Source of the DNA: a virus
Lineage: Duplodnaviria > Heunggongvirae > Uroviricota > Caudoviricetes
Virus record (IMG/VR): IMGVR_UViG_2925891887_000003
Direction: 5' to 3' (one strand)
Length of the DNA: 55,008 nt
Made by a program: the position numbers and the translations under genes. The notes beneath the pieces are model-generated. The model saw nothing but the letters and a program-made list of their open reading frames with translations. It was not told where the DNA came from and did no database searches. Positions 40,031 through 49,180 of this stretch are shown piece by piece. Numbering within the stretch: position 1 is the first letter of the stretch; every line of letters starts with the position of its first letter.

Positions 40031-40498
40031 CTAATATGAACACTGTGATCTCACATACTCTTGCAGGCCATTCAATTGGTTAGTTATGGTTTCAATGCGC
40101 TCTCTGAGAACGAAATAATCCCGTTGAGCGGTGTCAGTAAGTCTGGGGCTGGAGCCATCATCCACGCCGGAGGCGGCGGTGATTTTATGCATGTCGGGAC
40201 AGACTGCTTTGACGCGCAGCCACTTACGGCCAGCAGAAACATCAGCACGGAGACTTTCGATAGTCGCGTTAGCATCAGCAAGCTCCTTTGTATATCTGGC
40301 GTCAAGTTCTGCTACGTCACGTTGACGCTTCTGCATATCAGAGAGCGTCGCCATAGCCGAATCTAATGCCATTGCGTTTTCGTCGCGCTGCTTTTTGTAT
40401 TCAATGGCTTTATTGTGGTAATGATTCGCTGAAAAGATAAAAGAACCAATGACAGTAACGAAGAAAGCAGCGATAACCAACTTATAGCTCAACTTCAT
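40031..40498 (-). CDS. Rz-like i-spanin
   Basis: 155 aa; N-terminal TM helix then a coiled-coil periplasmic domain; follows the endolysin gene. Confidence 0.8.
   Translation of the reverse strand: MKLSYKLVIAAFFVTVIGSFIFSANHYHNKAIEYKKQRDENAMALDSAMATLSDMQKRQRDVAELDARYTKELADANATIESLRADVSAGRKWLRVKAVCPDMHKITAASGVDDGSSPRLTDTAQRDYFVLRERIETITNQLNGLQEYVRSQCSY
40084..40275 (-). CDS. Rz1-like o-spanin lipoprotein (embedded in Rz, +1 frame)
   Basis: Embedded ORF with lipobox LLAVSGC and a Pro-rich tail (SPPPPAW). Confidence 0.65.
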   Translation of the reverse strand: MLTRLSKVSVLMFLLAVSGCASKQSVPTCIKSPPPPAWMMAPAPDLLTPLNGIISFSESALKP

Positions 40499-40958
40499 TT
40501 ACCACCCCACCAGCCTCTTTAAATCGGGCAATCAGGTCACCGATTTTATGTTCATACTGACCGTAACCAGCGCCCGGCAGTGAAGCCCAGATATTGCTGC
40601 AACGGTCGATTGCCTGACGGATATCACCGCGATCAATCATCGGTAAAGCGCCACGCTCTTTAATCTGCTGCAATGCCACAGCGTCCTGGCTTTTGGGGGA
40701 GAAGTCTTTCAAACCAAGCTGTTTACGGTAAGCATCCCACCAACGGGAAAGAAGCTGATAACGTCCGGCAGCTGTTGATTTAAGTTTCGGGTTTAGCGTG
40801 ACAAGTTTGTGAGGATGATCGGAGTAATCAGTAAACAGTTCACCACCAACAATAACGTCATAACCGTGGTTACGTGTCGGTTGTCGCCCGTTATCCGTTC
40901 CTTCTGACCATGCCACCATATCCAAGAAAGCTTTACGCTGGGAATTTAGTACCTGCAT
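40482..40958 (-). CDS. endolysin (lytic transglycosylase/lysozyme type)
   Basis: 158 aa; downstream of the holin and upstream of Rz; sequence of the lambda R-type family. Confidence 0.8.
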   Translation of the reverse strand: MQVLNSQRKAFLDMVAWSEGTDNGRQPTRNHGYDVIVGGELFTDYSDHPHKLVTLNPKLKSTAAGRYQLLSRWWDAYRKQLGLKDFSPKSQDAVALQQIKERGALPMIDRGDIRQAIDRCSNIWASLPGAGYGQYEHKIGDLIARFKEAGGVVNEVEL

Positions 40959-40961
40959 AAA

Positions 40962-41288
40962 TTACTCCTTAGAGCCACCAAATTTGTTACCGATTACTCG
41001 CATTGCAGCCCCACGAATAGCATCGACACCGATCAGCCCCACCCCACCACCAATGGCAACAGATAGTGATTTAGGCCATCCGACATACTCAAGAGCGGAT
41101 GCAAAAGTCAGCGTCAGAGCGCCACAGAGTAGAATTTCGAGTGTTTTTCGCTTCCAACCGCCACCACCGCCAAAATAGGCGATACGTAAACCAGCCATAA
41201 CAATCGACATAATCACTGCGCCCAGCGGTGTGTCTCCACGCCACCAGCTCTGGACCAACTCCAGCCAGGTATTTGGGTTATGAGGCAT
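40962..41288 (-). CDS. holin
   Basis: 108 aa, hydrophobic TM segments and a charged C-terminus; first gene of the lysis cassette. Confidence 0.75.
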   Translation of the reverse strand: MPHNPNTWLELVQSWWRGDTPLGAVIMSIVMAGLRIAYFGGGGGWKRKTLEILLCGALTLTFASALEYVGWPKSLSVAIGGGVGLIGVDAIRGAAMRVIGNKFGGSKE

Positions 41289-41425
41289 TTGTAGTTATCT
41301 CTCACCTCGCCGATACAAGAGGTGCAAATTGAGGGAGTACCACGAACCGCAAATCAGAAGCGGAAACGTAAAAGAAGCCGAGCCAATGGATAAGAGCTAG
41401 ATAGACCAAGCCCAACGAATACCAA

Positions 41426-41462
41426 AGCCCAGAAACGACAAAACCCGCTCGACGGCGGGTTT
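41426..41462 (-). terminator. tR'-like intrinsic terminator downstream of the presumed late promoter
   Basis: Minus strand: CCCGC-CGUCGA-GCGGG hairpin followed by UUUUGUCGUUUCU, ~150 nt upstream of the holin start. Confidence 0.4.
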
Positions 41463-41585
41463 AAGCTGTGTGGCGAAGTAACCACTCTTAACAGATTACA
41501 AGAATTTTTGCGGACCGCGTTAATGATTTTTAATCCCAAAGTCGTATTATTCGTTTTTTACTGTAGGAGTTAATAGGTTTATATT

Positions 41586-42917
41586 ATGTTAGATACACTA
41601 TCTTTCACTGAACGTGACGAGTTCCAACGAAGAAACATCGCTGAAAATATCATCAAGTTGCTAAAACCAGAGGCAGACATTTCACCACTGGTAATAGACG
41701 GCGCATGGGGAACAGGGAAAACAGAATTTAGTATCAAACTGAAAAATCTCATTATTGAGCAAGAAACTGAATCTAAAGTTGTTTATATTGATGCCTTTAA
41801 AGGGGATCATGCAGAATCTCCATTACTTCTCATAACCTCTGCAATTGCCAGCATTTTGCCTGAGGAAGAAAAACAACACTTCATTAAGCGATCTCTTCCT
41901 GCAATTCGCTTTGGTTTAAAAACGGTACTAAAAGCTGGTGCAGGTTGGTTTTTACGACAGGAGGCTAGTGAAGTTGCCGAAGAATTCCAAGATGCGATGA
42001 AGAAAGCAAGCAATGCAGCAATAGATGGGACTATTGAAAATTTGCTTGAAGACCATATGGACTCAGAGAAAAACATAAATTCACTTAAATCCTGCATCGA
42101 AAGCATATCAAAAAATCAAAAAATCGTAATTATAATTGATGAATTAGACCGATGTAAGCCGAGTTTTTCAACAAATGTCATTGAAACAATAAAACACATT
42201 TTTGACATCAATAATGTCTTTTTTATTTTAGTTACAAACACAGAACAATTAAAAGCATCTATAAATCATATTTATGGTTATAGCATTAACTCACAAAAGT
42301 ATCTTGACAAGTTTATAAAATATACCATCACGCTTCCAGATACATGTTTGATAAATGGTCACAACGTATGTAAAGCCTCTGTTATATATTGGGATTACCT
42401 TGTAGAAAAAACAAGATTATTGAATAAAATCAATAGATTATCAGGTTGCTTTATCCGTGATTTAATTCAACGAACCAACTTATCATTACGTGAAACACAA
42501 ACATTTTCACGCAATCTTAACATTTTTCAACTGTTAAACGACGATGAGAACAAAAGCAGTGATCCTTTAATAAATATGATCTTTGTCGTAGCTGCCTTCA
42601 TACATTGCTTTGGTAACAAGGAAAAACTAAAACAAGAAATTACCGCTGAATCTATATCTTATTTAGCAGACCTGCTTAACATAAAAGAAATACCTTATTC
42701 TTATGAGAGAAGATCGCAAATCCCTGAAATATCCATTGTATTCTTCGGAATAATTAAAGACAGTATTACTCTTAATGAGCGATTTGCCCCTAAAAGTGAT
42801 GAAGAACTTAAAAAATTCACAAATGTTTATACTGATTATGAACACATAAATTTTTGGAGTACTACACCCAGAGAGTTATTGATAAAATATATTAATCAAA
42901 TGTCATTCATCCAGTAA
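41586..42917 (+). CDS. KAP-family P-loop NTPase (moron)
   Basis: 443 aa, AT-rich, opposite strand to its neighbours; Walker A IDGAWGTGKTEF and Walker B IIIDELDRC, the pattern of KAP NTPases. Confidence 0.75.
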   Translation: MLDTLSFTERDEFQRRNIAENIIKLLKPEADISPLVIDGAWGTGKTEFSIKLKNLIIEQETESKVVYIDAFKGDHAESPLLLITSAIASILPEEEKQHFIKRSLPAIRFGLKTVLKAGAGWFLRQEASEVAEEFQDAMKKASNAAIDGTIENLLEDHMDSEKNINSLKSCIESISKNQKIVIIIDELDRCKPSFSTNVIETIKHIFDINNVFFILVTNTEQLKASINHIYGYSINSQKYLDKFIKYTITLPDTCLINGHNVCKASVIYWDYLVEKTRLLNKINRLSGCFIRDLIQRTNLSLRETQTFSRNLNIFQLLNDDENKSSDPLINMIFVVAAFIHCFGNKEKLKQEITAESISYLADLLNIKEIPYSYERRSQIPEISIVFFGIIKDSITLNERFAPKSDEELKKFTNVYTDYEHINFWSTTPRELLIKYINQMSFIQ

Positions 42918-42947
42918 ATAATACGCCCCATGCAGGGGCGTATTATT
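42917..42947. other. 13-bp perfect inverted repeat between convergent KAP NTPase and Q genes
   Basis: aataatacgcccc atgca ggggcgtattatt; no clear U-tract on either strand. Confidence 0.5.
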
Positions 42948-43311
42948 AAACGTCCAAATCTAATGTTAGATCTAGCATGGAAAGGCAGCCATCAATAAAT
43001 CCTTCGGCTAGCTGTATTTCTATACGTATCAATTTCTCATCTTTTTTACGAGCCTTGGCGAGCTTTCTTTTAGAGATACCGTATAGGTAATGGGCAACAA
43101 GAAGCGAATGTTCGTCCGGCCTTTTTTGCTTTAGACGAGCAAGACAACCTTCAATAATTAAGGCATCACTATCCGAACAAGCCAAGCGTTTCTTGCTTGT
43201 ATAGGGAAGAAGTCCCTTAAACCCAGCGGCTATAGGTGAATAATCAACGCCTGAACTATCACTCGCCGCCCATGCCCCCCAACGCTCCAGAACCATCTGA
43301 ATATCACGCAT
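42946..43311 (-). CDS. Q: late-gene antiterminator Q
   Basis: N-terminus MRDIQMVLERWGAWAA... as in lambdoid Q proteins of the phage 21/933W type; upstream of the late promoter region and lysis genes. Confidence 0.8.
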   Translation of the reverse strand: MRDIQMVLERWGAWAASDSSGVDYSPIAAGFKGLLPYTSKKRLACSDSDALIIEGCLARLKQKRPDEHSLLVAHYLYGISKRKLAKARKKDEKLIRIEIQLAEGFIDGCLSMLDLTLDLDV

Positions 43312-43328
43312 CAACTTTCTCCACCAAA

Positions 43329-44324
43329 TCAGGCTAGCACACCAATTGCCAACACACGGTCGATAAAACGAAATATCAGCTCCAGCTGGGAGCCATACTT
43401 CTCTTCAAATGCCACGGTATCCGCATGCAGCTCGTCGTGATGCTTTCTGCACAAAGGCAACACAAAGAGGTCATGCGCTTTTGTACCCATCCCACCCTGA
43501 CCGTGGCCTATCAAGTGGTGGGGATCATCAGCAGGCTTTCCACAACATGCACACGGCTGTGTCTTAACCCAGCGCGTGTACTTTTCATTAACCCAGCGGC
43601 GACGTTTTGGGCGTAACATAAAAGACTCCGGCGACTCCGGATCCACTTTCAGCGTCAGCACCTTTTTCGCCTTATCCTGGATGATGCTGGTGGCAGGAAC
43701 CGAAGGCACAAGGTCACTTTCCCGGGTGACAGACGGCACAACAGGCTTTGGTAATCTCAGTGCCTTACGGGCTGCACTTTCCGGTAAGGCATCCGCCAGG
43801 TCATTACGAATCAGCCACCAGCACAGTTCCGGCATTGTCACAACGTGACTATCATCAAAACCGAGATCCCGACGCACAACAGACAACACCCAGCGGGCAC
43901 AGTTATCCGTTGCCATTGATTCCAGCCGTTCCGTGAACTGATCGCGCAGCTGGTTATCACAGTGCCAGCACAGACGGATTGCGCCCGGAGCGTGTCGCAT
44001 TGTGGTCATGTTCTCGCTATGCCAGTCGGAATGAGGCCACTGGCAGCCTTTTTCACGAAGTAACCAGCTTTCAAGACATTCCACGCCACCAGCACGACGG
44101 ATCACTGCCTCATTGCGGAACACGGCCCGAACAGCAGGATCATCCGCCAGCGGTTGTGATGCCGCGGGAACGGCACCACTGGCGAAAGATGAATAACGTT
44201 CCGGCTCAGGCTCCAGCAGTACACGCCCCTGCATAAACAGGGGCATCAGCTCTGAACCTGGTCTGAACAATACGATCCCCATACGCGGGGCTATTTCAGG
44301 GGTCAGTAGTGCTCTCACGGTCAC
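43329..44324 (-). CDS. DUF968-like protein with C-terminal Cys/His (HNH-like) cluster
   Basis: 331 aa, GTG start; C-terminal CxxCG...HHLIGH...C..HH pattern; common in the nin region of lambdoid prophages. Confidence 0.55.
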   Translation of the reverse strand: MTVRALLTPEIAPRMGIVLFRPGSELMPLFMQGRVLLEPEPERYSSFASGAVPAASQPLADDPAVRAVFRNEAVIRRAGGVECLESWLLREKGCQWPHSDWHSENMTTMRHAPGAIRLCWHCDNQLRDQFTERLESMATDNCARWVLSVVRRDLGFDDSHVVTMPELCWWLIRNDLADALPESAARKALRLPKPVVPSVTRESDLVPSVPATSIIQDKAKKVLTLKVDPESPESFMLRPKRRRWVNEKYTRWVKTQPCACCGKPADDPHHLIGHGQGGMGTKAHDLFVLPLCRKHHDELHADTVAFEEKYGSQLELIFRFIDRVLAIGVLA

Positions 44325-44325
44325 C

Positions 44326-45135
44326 TCAATGAACGGTATCGAGCAACTTTAACAGCTCAGGGAATCGGGATTCGAAGAAATGCGGCTGCGTCTCACGCGG
44401 ATTTGCGGGACTGGTGATGTTCTTGCCGAACATGCAGCCTTTCGCCGTCAGCGACCAGAATTTTTTGATGTTGTTAATCGCGGTACGGCTGTATCGTTCG
44501 CGCTGCTCGACGATCCCCAGCTTCGCCATCTGGTGATATGCCTGATTAGCCGTAAGGCGGATACCATACTGTTTCAGCAGTGCACTCAGCGACAGTGTCG
44601 GGCGGCTTGAGCCATCAGGCGCGTCAGCAGGAGCATCAATGGCATAGCGCGGTGCCAGATTCGGTAAGCCAACAGCCTCCTGGAGTTTCTGACAGGCCCC
44701 AAGCACTGAAGAGTTAGACAGGTTTAACTCCCTGCGCATAAAGTCCAGCAGAATCACTCCAGCCTGCATCTTGTCAGCAGCCTGCCCGGATAATTTTTCC
44801 GGTACGCTGGTTACCATATCGAAAGTACGGATCACCTTCAGATGGAATGACGGGCTGATCCACATTGCATAGGCATACACCAGTTCCTTGCAGACATAAG
44901 TTCCCCGTTCATTTCCCCCATGAATCACACTCACCGGGTCAACACCCAAATTCTGGGTGTTGGTCAATTCATGAACAAGTTCAACAGTTTGTTGGCTGGA
45001 AAGAAACTTTCCTGGCTCCTTGGTTCTGGCATTTGCACCAGATGCTACTGCTGCGCGATGCAGATCGTTCAGGCTGTAACGCCCATAAGCATCACGACGA
45101 ACTTCAATACCATCAATGACCATCAGATTATTCAT
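44326..45135 (-). CDS. KilA-N domain protein (antirepressor-like)
   Basis: ATG at 45135 with AAGGAG RBS; IDGIEVRRDAYGRYSLNDLHRA...GTYVCKELVYAYAMWISPSFHLKVI matches the KilA-N fold pattern. Confidence 0.6.
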   Translation of the reverse strand: MNNLMVIDGIEVRRDAYGRYSLNDLHRAAVASGANARTKEPGKFLSSQQTVELVHELTNTQNLGVDPVSVIHGGNERGTYVCKELVYAYAMWISPSFHLKVIRTFDMVTSVPEKLSGQAADKMQAGVILLDFMRRELNLSNSSVLGACQKLQEAVGLPNLAPRYAIDAPADAPDGSSRPTLSLSALLKQYGIRLTANQAYHQMAKLGIVEQRERYSRTAINNIKKFWSLTAKGCMFGKNITSPANPRETQPHFFESRFPELLKLLDTVH

Positions 45136-45154
45136 ACTTCGTTTCTCCTTTTGC

Positions 45155-45544
45155 TCAGGCGTCTGCACCCGCCGTTTTCTCGTACTTACTGATAGTGATC
45201 TCGACCTTCCCTTCCGGGATAACCGGTCCCCACTCCACCAGCATTCTTTTCACCTGGCTGTCGTCTTCCCACACACCCGCGTGGGTCAGGGCGTCAAACA
45301 GCGCCTTGTTATAGTTGTCCAGATCGCGGATCCGGTTATCCGGAGGAAACAACACGATCTCCACTGAAGCAGGTGCCGACGTTGGTTTTGGCAGACGACG
45401 TAACTGCTCAACTATTGCTGCACATGCCGCGCTCTGGAATTTGCGCCCCGCCGCGCTTATCAGGCTCTTACCTGCAAACGTCCCTTTGTTGGGGTGTCGC
45501 CAGTACGTGTTCACGCTGGGCGGAAAAGGCAGTATTAGCTTCAT
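45155..45544 (-). CDS. rusA: RusA-family Holliday junction resolvase
   Basis: 129 aa; PPSVNTYW...DLDNYNKALFDALTHAGVWEDDSQV is the RusA signature. Confidence 0.85.
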   Translation of the reverse strand: MKLILPFPPSVNTYWRHPNKGTFAGKSLISAAGRKFQSAACAAIVEQLRRLPKPTSAPASVEIVLFPPDNRIRDLDNYNKALFDALTHAGVWEDDSQVKRMLVEWGPVIPEGKVEITISKYEKTAGADA

Positions 45545-45867
45545 ACTTTCAGCTCCCTCTCATGTAACCAGTGGGCTGCACGCAGCCTGGCGTTTTCCTC
45601 ACCGGCAAGCAGTGCGCGGATAATCCCGACCGCCTCGCTGTCGTCGTCCTTCACCGCGGTATGAAGCGTTATCCCCCGGGCCACGCCACGCTTTATCGTG
45701 ATGACGCCTTTTTTCTCCAGTGCACGAAGATGCTCTACCGCTGCATTCACTGAACGGTATCCCAGCATGGTTGCCACCTCCTGATTGGTTGGCGGAAAGC
45801 CACGCTCTTTCTGGTAAGAAATCAGCATATCCAGCACCTGCTGCTGGCATTGAGTTAACGTCGTCAT
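45541..45867 (-). CDS. LexA-N-terminal-like winged-helix DNA-binding protein
   Basis: 108 aa; LTQCQQQVLDMLISYQKERGFPPTNQEVATMLGYRSVNAAVEHLRALEKKGVI resembles the LexA DNA-binding domain; no peptidase domain. Confidence 0.6.
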   Translation of the reverse strand: MTTLTQCQQQVLDMLISYQKERGFPPTNQEVATMLGYRSVNAAVEHLRALEKKGVITIKRGVARGITLHTAVKDDDSEAVGIIRALLAGEENARLRAAHWLHERELKV

Positions 45868-46517
45868 GCCGCCATCTCCCTGACCAGTTTTTCCGCCTGC
45901 TGGCGAACCTGCACCAGAAAGGCTTCACCACATGCCTCAAGTTCATCGCGCCCGATGTAGCTGATTGCCGGTCCCTTCCAGGTCTTGTCGAAAACAGCAA
46001 TAGCACCAGCGAAGAAAGCGCCTGTCGGCACCTGCTTCTCATCCTTCGGGATAAACCAGGCAGGCAGTTCAAAACCAATACGCCCGCGAATAAAAGCAAT
46101 ATGGTCCGCATCTTCCGGCCACCACACTTCGCTGGTGGCAGCTTTGATCAGGAAAACATAGCGCCCGCCCTTATCACGCATGGCACTGGCATGTTTCATG
46201 ATGTAACGCATGCCGGTGATGTATTGCCCCTCATGCTGACTGGCGCGGCTGTATGGGGGATTACCAAAGGCAGCACCTTTAAGCTCCGCAAGGCGTTCTG
46301 ACCAGTCATGCGCCAGCGCGTTGTCTTCCGCCGTGTAATACGCAGCACATTTGGCGTTATCACCGTCAGTGAACAGATCCAGAACAAACGGGCCAAACAG
46401 GGTGTTAATTCCCCAGAAAATGTTGTCCGGCGTGCGCCACTGATCGCCCACTTCCTTCAGTTCATGGGCTGGTTTGTTCCGCAGTTCCACCAGCGCCTGG
46501 CAATATTTATTACTCAT
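45864..46517 (-). CDS. phage N6-adenine DNA methyltransferase (Dam-like)
   Basis: ATG at 46517 (MSNKYCQ...); motif FGNPPYS (N6-MTase motif IV). Orphan: no adjacent restriction enzyme. Confidence 0.75.
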   Translation of the reverse strand: MSNKYCQALVELRNKPAHELKEVGDQWRTPDNIFWGINTLFGPFVLDLFTDGDNAKCAAYYTAEDNALAHDWSERLAELKGAAFGNPPYSRASQHEGQYITGMRYIMKHASAMRDKGGRYVFLIKAATSEVWWPEDADHIAFIRGRIGFELPAWFIPKDEKQVPTGAFFAGAIAVFDKTWKGPAISYIGRDELEACGEAFLVQVRQQAEKLVREMAA

Positions 46518-47005
46518 TAAGCCCCCACGTAATTCCCTGACAGATACCACTCTTCACCCGATGCAGCGCGCTTGCTGCTTTTCCGTAAGCACCGCTCACG
46601 ACGCGCCAGAAAATTGTTTCGTTCTGGCTGGGAGTGGCTTTCACGGAATGCCGCCATCCACACGGTTGCAGCACGACGGTATAAGCCCCTGGACTCCAGT
46701 TCTTCAGCCTGGCGGGTCAGGCACAAAATCACCCGTGGATCGTTAGTGCCGACATAGAAATTGCGCACAGGTCTGGTTTCTCGAACTGGTTGTGGTTCCG
46801 GTTCCTGCGCTCTCTCAGTCAGGCGCGGGAAATGTCTGCGTGTATCTCCTTCACAACGGTGAGCCACACGCCCACTCTGACGTAACTTGCTTGCTGACTG
46901 CAGAACGCGCTGCCGTGAGTAACCTGCAAAAGCATCCGCAATGTCTCCGGAAGTACATCCCGGATGGGCTTCAATGAATTTCTGAACTTCATTCAAAAGA
47001 CTCAT
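46517..47005 (-). CDS. hypothetical phage protein downstream of the replication initiator
   Basis: ATG at 47005, 2 nt after the O-like stop; basic protein, no motif recognised. Confidence 0.45.
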   Translation of the reverse strand: MSLLNEVQKFIEAHPGCTSGDIADAFAGYSRQRVLQSASKLRQSGRVAHRCEGDTRRHFPRLTERAQEPEPQPVRETRPVRNFYVGTNDPRVILCLTRQAEELESRGLYRRAATVWMAAFRESHSQPERNNFLARRERCLRKSSKRAASGEEWYLSGNYVGA

Positions 47006-47007
47006 GA

Positions 47008-47949
47008 TCACCCCCTGAATCCTGCCGGGATCTGGCTGTAGTCCACGTTGTCGTAACTGGATTTGAAGTACGGGTCTTCGCGTTTTTCGGTGTACGTGCT
47101 GACGGACGGTGATAAGCGCAGGGAAAGCTCATCCCATTTTTCCCGCAACTTCGACGGGCTGAGCACGTTACGGCACCAGAACGGATCGCGGCTGACGCGG
47201 CTGTACATCTCGCAGATTTGTTTGTGAGTACGACCATCCTGCACACACATCAGGCGAATTTCGTTTGCCCAGGCTGTCCAGTTCGGTTCTTTGGGACGAA
47301 CCACCTCGCCGTCACATTCGGCGGCTTGCTCGTACAGGGCGATGATTTTTTTCCAGAGCCACTGTGCGCAGGTCAAATCATCCTGCGTTCCCCACTGGCG
47401 CTTTTTAGGGCTGAATACAACCGCATCAGGATGGCGAGTTAAAAAACCCTGTTCATCCGTCTGCGTGTCCGGTTGCGAAGCGTCCGGACGAGAAGGTTTT
47501 TTATCTGACGGATCATGTTTTGATTTTACTGACGGATCCCCGCCAGATTCTGACGGGTGAAAACCCGCTTTTTTGCCAGATTTCGACGCATCAAATTTTG
47601 ACGGGTCAGATTTTGATGCGTCAGATTTTGACGGGTCAGAATCTGACAGTTGAGAAAATGCCGCTGCCTGAAGCTTCGCAACGTTAAGCTGATAAACATT
47701 CGACGCATTGCGGTTACCCTGGCGACGCGCCTTACGCGTTAACCAGCCTTCTGCTTCCAGCCGTGCGATAGCCGTCCTGACGGTACTCATCCCCGCGCCA
47801 ATCTGACGGGCAATAGTTTCAATTGATGGCCAGCACACACCTTCGTCATTACTGAAATCAGCCAGGCGGGCCATAATTGCCACGCTGGATAATTTCATGC
47901 CTGATGCAGCACAACCATCCCATACATAGCCGGTTAATTTAGTGCTCAT
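47008..47949 (-). CDS. replication initiator (O-like, HTH N-terminal domain) carrying internal origin iterons
   Basis: 313 aa; N-terminal winged-HTH (SIETIARQIGAGMSTVRTAIARLEAEGWL); central low-complexity SKSDASKSDPSKFDASKS region encoded by DNA iterons; AGAGG RBS. Confidence 0.7.
   Translation of the reverse strand: MSTKLTGYVWDGCAASGMKLSSVAIMARLADFSNDEGVCWPSIETIARQIGAGMSTVRTAIARLEAEGWLTRKARRQGNRNASNVYQLNVAKLQAAAFSQLSDSDPSKSDASKSDPSKFDASKSGKKAGFHPSESGGDPSVKSKHDPSDKKPSRPDASQPDTQTDEQGFLTRHPDAVVFSPKKRQWGTQDDLTCAQWLWKKIIALYEQAAECDGEVVRPKEPNWTAWANEIRLMCVQDGRTHKQICEMYSRVSRDPFWCRNVLSPSKLREKWDELSLRLSPSVSTYTEKREDPYFKSSYDNVDYSQIPAGFRG
47522..47655. repeat. origin-like iterons (about 7 copies of a ~15-17 bp GATTTTGACGGGTCAGA-type repeat)
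   Basis: gattttactgacggatc / gattctgacgggtga / gatttcgacgcatcaaa / attttgacgggtcaga / ttttgatgcgtcaga / ttttgacgggtcaga / atctgacagttgaga, all inside the initiator gene. Confidence 0.65.
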
Positions 47950-47958
47950 GACCGACCT

Positions 47959-48297
47959 CTATTTCCCTGAATTTACGACGAAACTGTTCGAGCAGGCTGA
48001 AGCACTCATGCTCATAGCCTTCGCGGAGGTAGATAACTCGTTGTGTTTCCGGCTCCCAACGAATGACTCTGACGGGCACTCCGTAGTGATCTTTGAACCA
48101 GCGGTTAACTTGTCGCAAAGGACTGTCTCCTTCTGCCGGTTGAAATCACCCACAGCCCACTCAGCAAAGCTGTGGGTTACAATTTCCCTGTCACCTGGTA
48201 CATTTACTGCATAGCAATACTCCACCTTCGCTTTTCCACCCGGTACAGGAAGCGCAATCAGTTGCGAGCGACGGTAGTGTGTTGTTAAACTGTTCAT
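47959..48297 (-). CDS. hypothetical protein in the early-right operon
   Basis: 112 aa; ATGA overlap with the upstream gene's stop. No motif recognised. Confidence 0.4.
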   Translation of the reverse strand: MNSLTTHYRRSQLIALPVPGGKAKVEYCYAVNVPGDREIVTHSFAEWAVGDFNRQKETVLCDKLTAGSKITTECPSESFVGSRKHNELSTSAKAMSMSASACSNSFVVNSGK

Positions 48298-48902
48298 GCG
48301 TTAGTTTCTCCACAGTCACGACACGCCACGGCGCCCGGAGCTGCACACTCGCGGGCGTCATTACTTTCTGAAATGCAAAAGATTTTGTAGACCAGTGCTG
48401 CATGCTCCTGCAGCTTCGAAATTGAGAGATACAGCTCGTCGTTAATTGCTGTCTTCTCATGCGGTTCCACCACACCGTCTTCGATTGCCGAACGAATCTG
48501 TCTGGAATAACTGCCAATCTGTTCAATGACTTCCAGCAGGCGCTGGTTAATATCGGCGTTGTCCACATCCTCGACGTCAGGAAGAGACACAAAGACGCCA
48601 TTTGCAGACTGCGCCACAGCGTCAGCAATGAAGTGAGTTCCACCAGCACGTTGCAAAATCATTGCCCATCCCAGCGGGAAAATCTGATCGCCATCGGCAC
48701 GAAGGCGGTTAAATAATGCGTTTTCTGTTACATCCAGCCAGTCAGCTGCTTCAGCGTAACCACCCGGCAACGCTGCGATAGTTTTTCTGACAGCTTTCAC
48801 GTACCACTCAGGCTGTTTTTCTACTTTCCAGTGATGCTTACCCACGGTTAGCCTCATCGTTCTGTGGTTTCTGTTAATCGATTTATCCATTAGATTTTTC
48901 AT
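48294..48902 (-). CDS. YdaT-like / CII-like early regulatory protein
   Basis: ORF 48294..48959 (GTG); candidate ATGs at 48902, 48890, 48857. Immediately downstream of the Cro-like gene as in Rac-type ydaS-ydaT modules; assignment is positional. Confidence 0.4.
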   Translation of the reverse strand: MKNLMDKSINRNHRTMRLTVGKHHWKVEKQPEWYVKAVRKTIAALPGGYAEAADWLDVTENALFNRLRADGDQIFPLGWAMILQRAGGTHFIADAVAQSANGVFVSLPDVEDVDNADINQRLLEVIEQIGSYSRQIRSAIEDGVVEPHEKTAINDELYLSISKLQEHAALVYKIFCISESNDARECAAPGAVACRDCGETNA

Positions 48903-49083
48903 AAAGCTCAGGTTTAAATGGCAACCGTCCGCAAGTTCTATATGCAGCTTCTGCTGCACGTCCTTTTGGAATTAACTGGCCCGGACGGTTTCGCCACTGA
49001 TAAACGGCTTCAGTTGTTATGCCGAAAAAAGCAGCAACTTTCTCAATACTGCCGAAGTAGCTTTCGATATCGTCAGTTGTCAT
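48883..49083 (-). CDS. Cro-like / YdaS-like HTH regulator
   Basis: 66 aa, divergent from the cI-like repressor; HTH segment AAFFGITTEAVYQWRN. Confidence 0.7.
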   Translation of the reverse strand: MTTDDIESYFGSIEKVAAFFGITTEAVYQWRNRPGQLIPKGRAAEAAYRTCGRLPFKPELYEKSNG

Positions 49084-49180
49084 ACGCCCTCCAAACTAAG
49101 TTTTATTAGATGCTAATTACAAATCTATCTTTGGTCAATAAAAACTAAGATTACTTAGCAATTCAAGAAATGGTGCTCCT
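49084..49180. promoter_or_regulatory. OR-like operator/promoter region between cro-like and cI-like genes
   Basis: Divergent genes; repeated CTAAG-containing dyads (ctaagattacttag; aactaagtttta). Confidence 0.5.

Noticed and set aside
42917-42947. The 13-bp inverted repeat between KAP NTPase and Q as a classic bidirectional intrinsic terminator
   Set aside because: Strong stem but no U-tract on either strand; kept as a generic stem-loop.
45599-46111. 170-aa minus-strand ORF overlapping the Dam and LexA-like genes in another frame
   Set aside because: Arg/Ser/Gly-rich translation of an alternative frame of well-supported genes.
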